Shown: positions 62,291 through 64,000 of the stretch, piece by piece
How positions within the stretch are numbered: the stretch's first letter is position 1
Layout: every line of letters begins with the position of its first letter
Assembly: GCA_963663805.2 (NCBI GenBank)
Contig: CAXXMR010000008.1
Coordinates: forward strand, 1-64,000
Reading direction: 5' to 3'
DNA length: 64,000 bases
Origin: Sedimentisphaerales bacterium
GTDB taxonomy: Bacteria; Planctomycetota; Phycisphaerae; Sedimentisphaerales; SM23-30
Notes under the pieces: generated by a model
Seen by the model: the letters and a program-made list of their open reading frames with translations, nothing else
Told to the model about the DNA's origin: nothing
Database searches by the model: none
Translations under genes and position numbers: made by a program

Positions 62291-64000
62291 ATGTCCAAAC
62301 ATGCCGGCAGAAAGCTGCTGGATCCGACCAAGATGAAGGATTGGGAAATTGCCGCGGAAGCGGAAAAGACGATGAAGCCAATATCCGAGATTGCCCGTGA
62401 TTTGGGCCTGGCAGAATCTGAGCTGATTATGATGGGGCAGTATACGGGCAAGGTCGATTATATGCCGGTGCTGGAGCGACTGGCTGGGACACGACAGGGC
62501 AAGTACATCAATGTTTCAGCGATTACCCCAACTCCTTTGGGCGAGGGCAAGACGACCACGACGATGGGGCTGGTTGAGGGGCTGGGCAAACTTAATAAGA
62601 AGGTATTGGGTGCGATTCGTCAGCCCAGCGGTGGGCCGACGTTTAATATTAAAGGTTCGGCGGCGGGTGGTGGTCTGGCTCAGTGTGTACCGCTGACTCC
62701 TTTTTCGATGGGTCTAACGGGTGATATTGACAGGATTACCAACGCTCATAATCTGGCGATGGTGGCATTGACGTCGCGGATGCAGCATGAGAATAATTAT
62801 GATGACGCGACTCTGGCCCGGCGGGGTTTGAAGCGGCTGGATATTGACCCGCAGCGGGTACAGTTGAAATGGGTGATAGATTTTTGCGCTCAGTCGCTGC
62901 GGAATATTACCATCGGCAAGGGTGGTAAGATGGACGGGCTGGAAATGGATTCGGGTTTTGCGATTACCGTTTCGAGCGAGATAATGGCGATTCTGGCGGT
63001 GGCCCGTGACCTGGCGGACATGCGGGAGCGGATGAGTAAGATTGTGGTAGCTTATGACCGGGCGGGGCGGGAAGTAACCACGGCGGATTTGGAAGTTGAC
63101 GGGGCGATGACCGCCTGGATGGTTGAGGCCCTGAAGCCGACACTGATACAGACTATTGAAGGTCAGCCGGTTTTTGTACATGCTGGGCCTTTCGCTAATA
63201 TTGCTATCGGCCAGAGTTCGATTATGGCTGACCGTATTGGGCTGGGCCTTTCGGAATATCTGGTAACCGAAAGCGGATTTGGTGCGGATATTGGTTTTGA
63301 AAAATTCTGGAATCTGAAATGCCGGTACAGCGGATTGAAACCCAGTACGGTGGTTCTGGTGGCGACGGTGCGGGCGTTGAAGATGCACGGAGGCGGGCCG
63401 AAGGTCAAGCCGGGTGTGGCTTTGGATGAGGCTTATACTTCGGAGAATCTGGAACTGCTGGAAAAAGGCTGCGAGAATCTCATCGCTCATATCGAAACAG
63501 TTAAAAAGAGCGGTGTCAGGCCGGTGGTTTGCATCAATAGTTTCTATACAGATACTCCGGCAGAGGTCGAGATGATTCGCAAGGTCGCTGAGGCTAACGG
63601 TGCTTACGCGGCATTGTCGGAACATTGGCTCAAGGGTGGTGAAGGGGCGATTGAATTAGCCGAAGCAGTTATCGCGGCAGCCGAAGAAGAAAACCAGTTC
63701 AAATTCCTTTACGATTCGTCAACTCCTTTGCGTGACCGGATTGATTTGATTGCGCGGGAAGTTTATGGTGCCGACGGTGTAGAATATCTCAACGGTGCCG
63801 AGGGCAAGCTAAAACTTTTTGATGCGGACCCGGAAATCTCAAAAATGGGGACGTGTATGGTAAAGACGCATTTATCTTTGTCGCATGACCCAGATTTGAA
63901 GGGTCGGCCGGTGGGCTGGAAACTGCCTATACGTGACTTCCTGCTATATCGCGGAGCGGGGTTTGTGGTTCCGGTTGCAGGTGACATCAAACTGATGCCG
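62291..64000 (+). CDS. fhs: Formate--tetrahydrofolate ligase, 3'-truncated by the window (absent from the ORF track)
   Basis: Manual translation: [21 protein letters not shown]...[17 protein letters not shown]...[19 protein letters not shown]...HAGPFANIA...[14 protein letters not shown]. Confidence 0.96.
   Translation, partial: MSKHAGRKLLDPTKMKDWEIAAEAEKTMKPISEIARDLGLAESELIMMGQYTGKVDYMPVLERLAGTRQGKYINVSAITPTPLGEGKTTTTMGLVEGLGKLNKKVLGAIRQPSGGPTFNIKGSAAGGGLAQCVPLTPFSMGLTGDIDRITNAHNLAMVALTSRMQHENNYDDATLARRGLKRLDIDPQRVQLKWVIDFCAQSLRNITIGKGGKMDGLEMDSGFAITVSSEIMAILAVARDLADMRERMSKIVVAYDRAGREVTTADLEVDGAMTAWMVEALKPTLIQTIEGQPVFVHAGPFANIAIGQSSIMADRIGLGLSEYLVTESGFGADIGFEKFWNLKCRYSGLKPSTVVLVATVRALKMHGGGPKVKPGVALDEAYTSENLELLEKGCENLIAHIETVKKSGVRPVVCINSFYTDTPAEVEMIRKVAEANGAYAALSEHWLKGGEGAIELAEAVIAAAEEENQFKFLYDSSTPLRDRIDLIAREVYGADGVEYLNGAEGKLKLFDADPEISKMGTCMVKTHLSLSHDPDLKGRPVGWKLPIRDFLLYRGAGFVVPVAGDIKLMP

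Noticed and set aside
62714..63990. Minus-strand ORFs 62714..63625, 63163..63408 and 63763..63990
   Set aside because: Shadow frames of fhs on the + strand.

Overview
64-kb bacterial chromosomal window, most likely from a planctomycete (Phycisphaerae-like). This is inferred from two secreted proteins with N-terminal LE-x-R-x-LL motifs and from Tat-exported sulfatases. Most of the window is housekeeping: oppA-like, rnpB, RNase HI, fumarase beta subunit, folK, dNK, lgt, panD/panC, ahcY, rlmN, ubiA-like, ispA, dxs, nadK, pyrF, fhs. Five accessory modules stand out. (1) A repeat-rich island at 1.5-4.3 kb: a fibronectin-III gene preceded by a ~300-nt nested inverted-repeat leader and by 11-12 exactly 21-bp-phased 12-bp palindromes with 9-bp variable spacers. 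(2) An OmpR-family two-component system with two PmrA-type boxes, apparently controlling an LmtA-like lipid A methyltransferase / phosphatase / methyltransferase operon. (3) A c-di-GMP/adhesin locus: two HD-GYP-PilZ paralogs, a giant LEPR-XLL RTX/Ig-like protein, PilZ, GAF-HlyD and M50-HlyD, with no ABC ATPase. (4) A radical SAM / split transketolase / B12-radical SAM operon. (5) A Crp-family gene divergent from fhs with a perfect CRP box. Many genes carry small frameshifts, several in homopolymers, probably long-read errors. The window also shows kilobase-scale patches of alternating G+T versus C+A strand skew. No CRISPR, tRNA, rRNA or transposase was recognised. All family calls come from motifs read by eye, not database searches.
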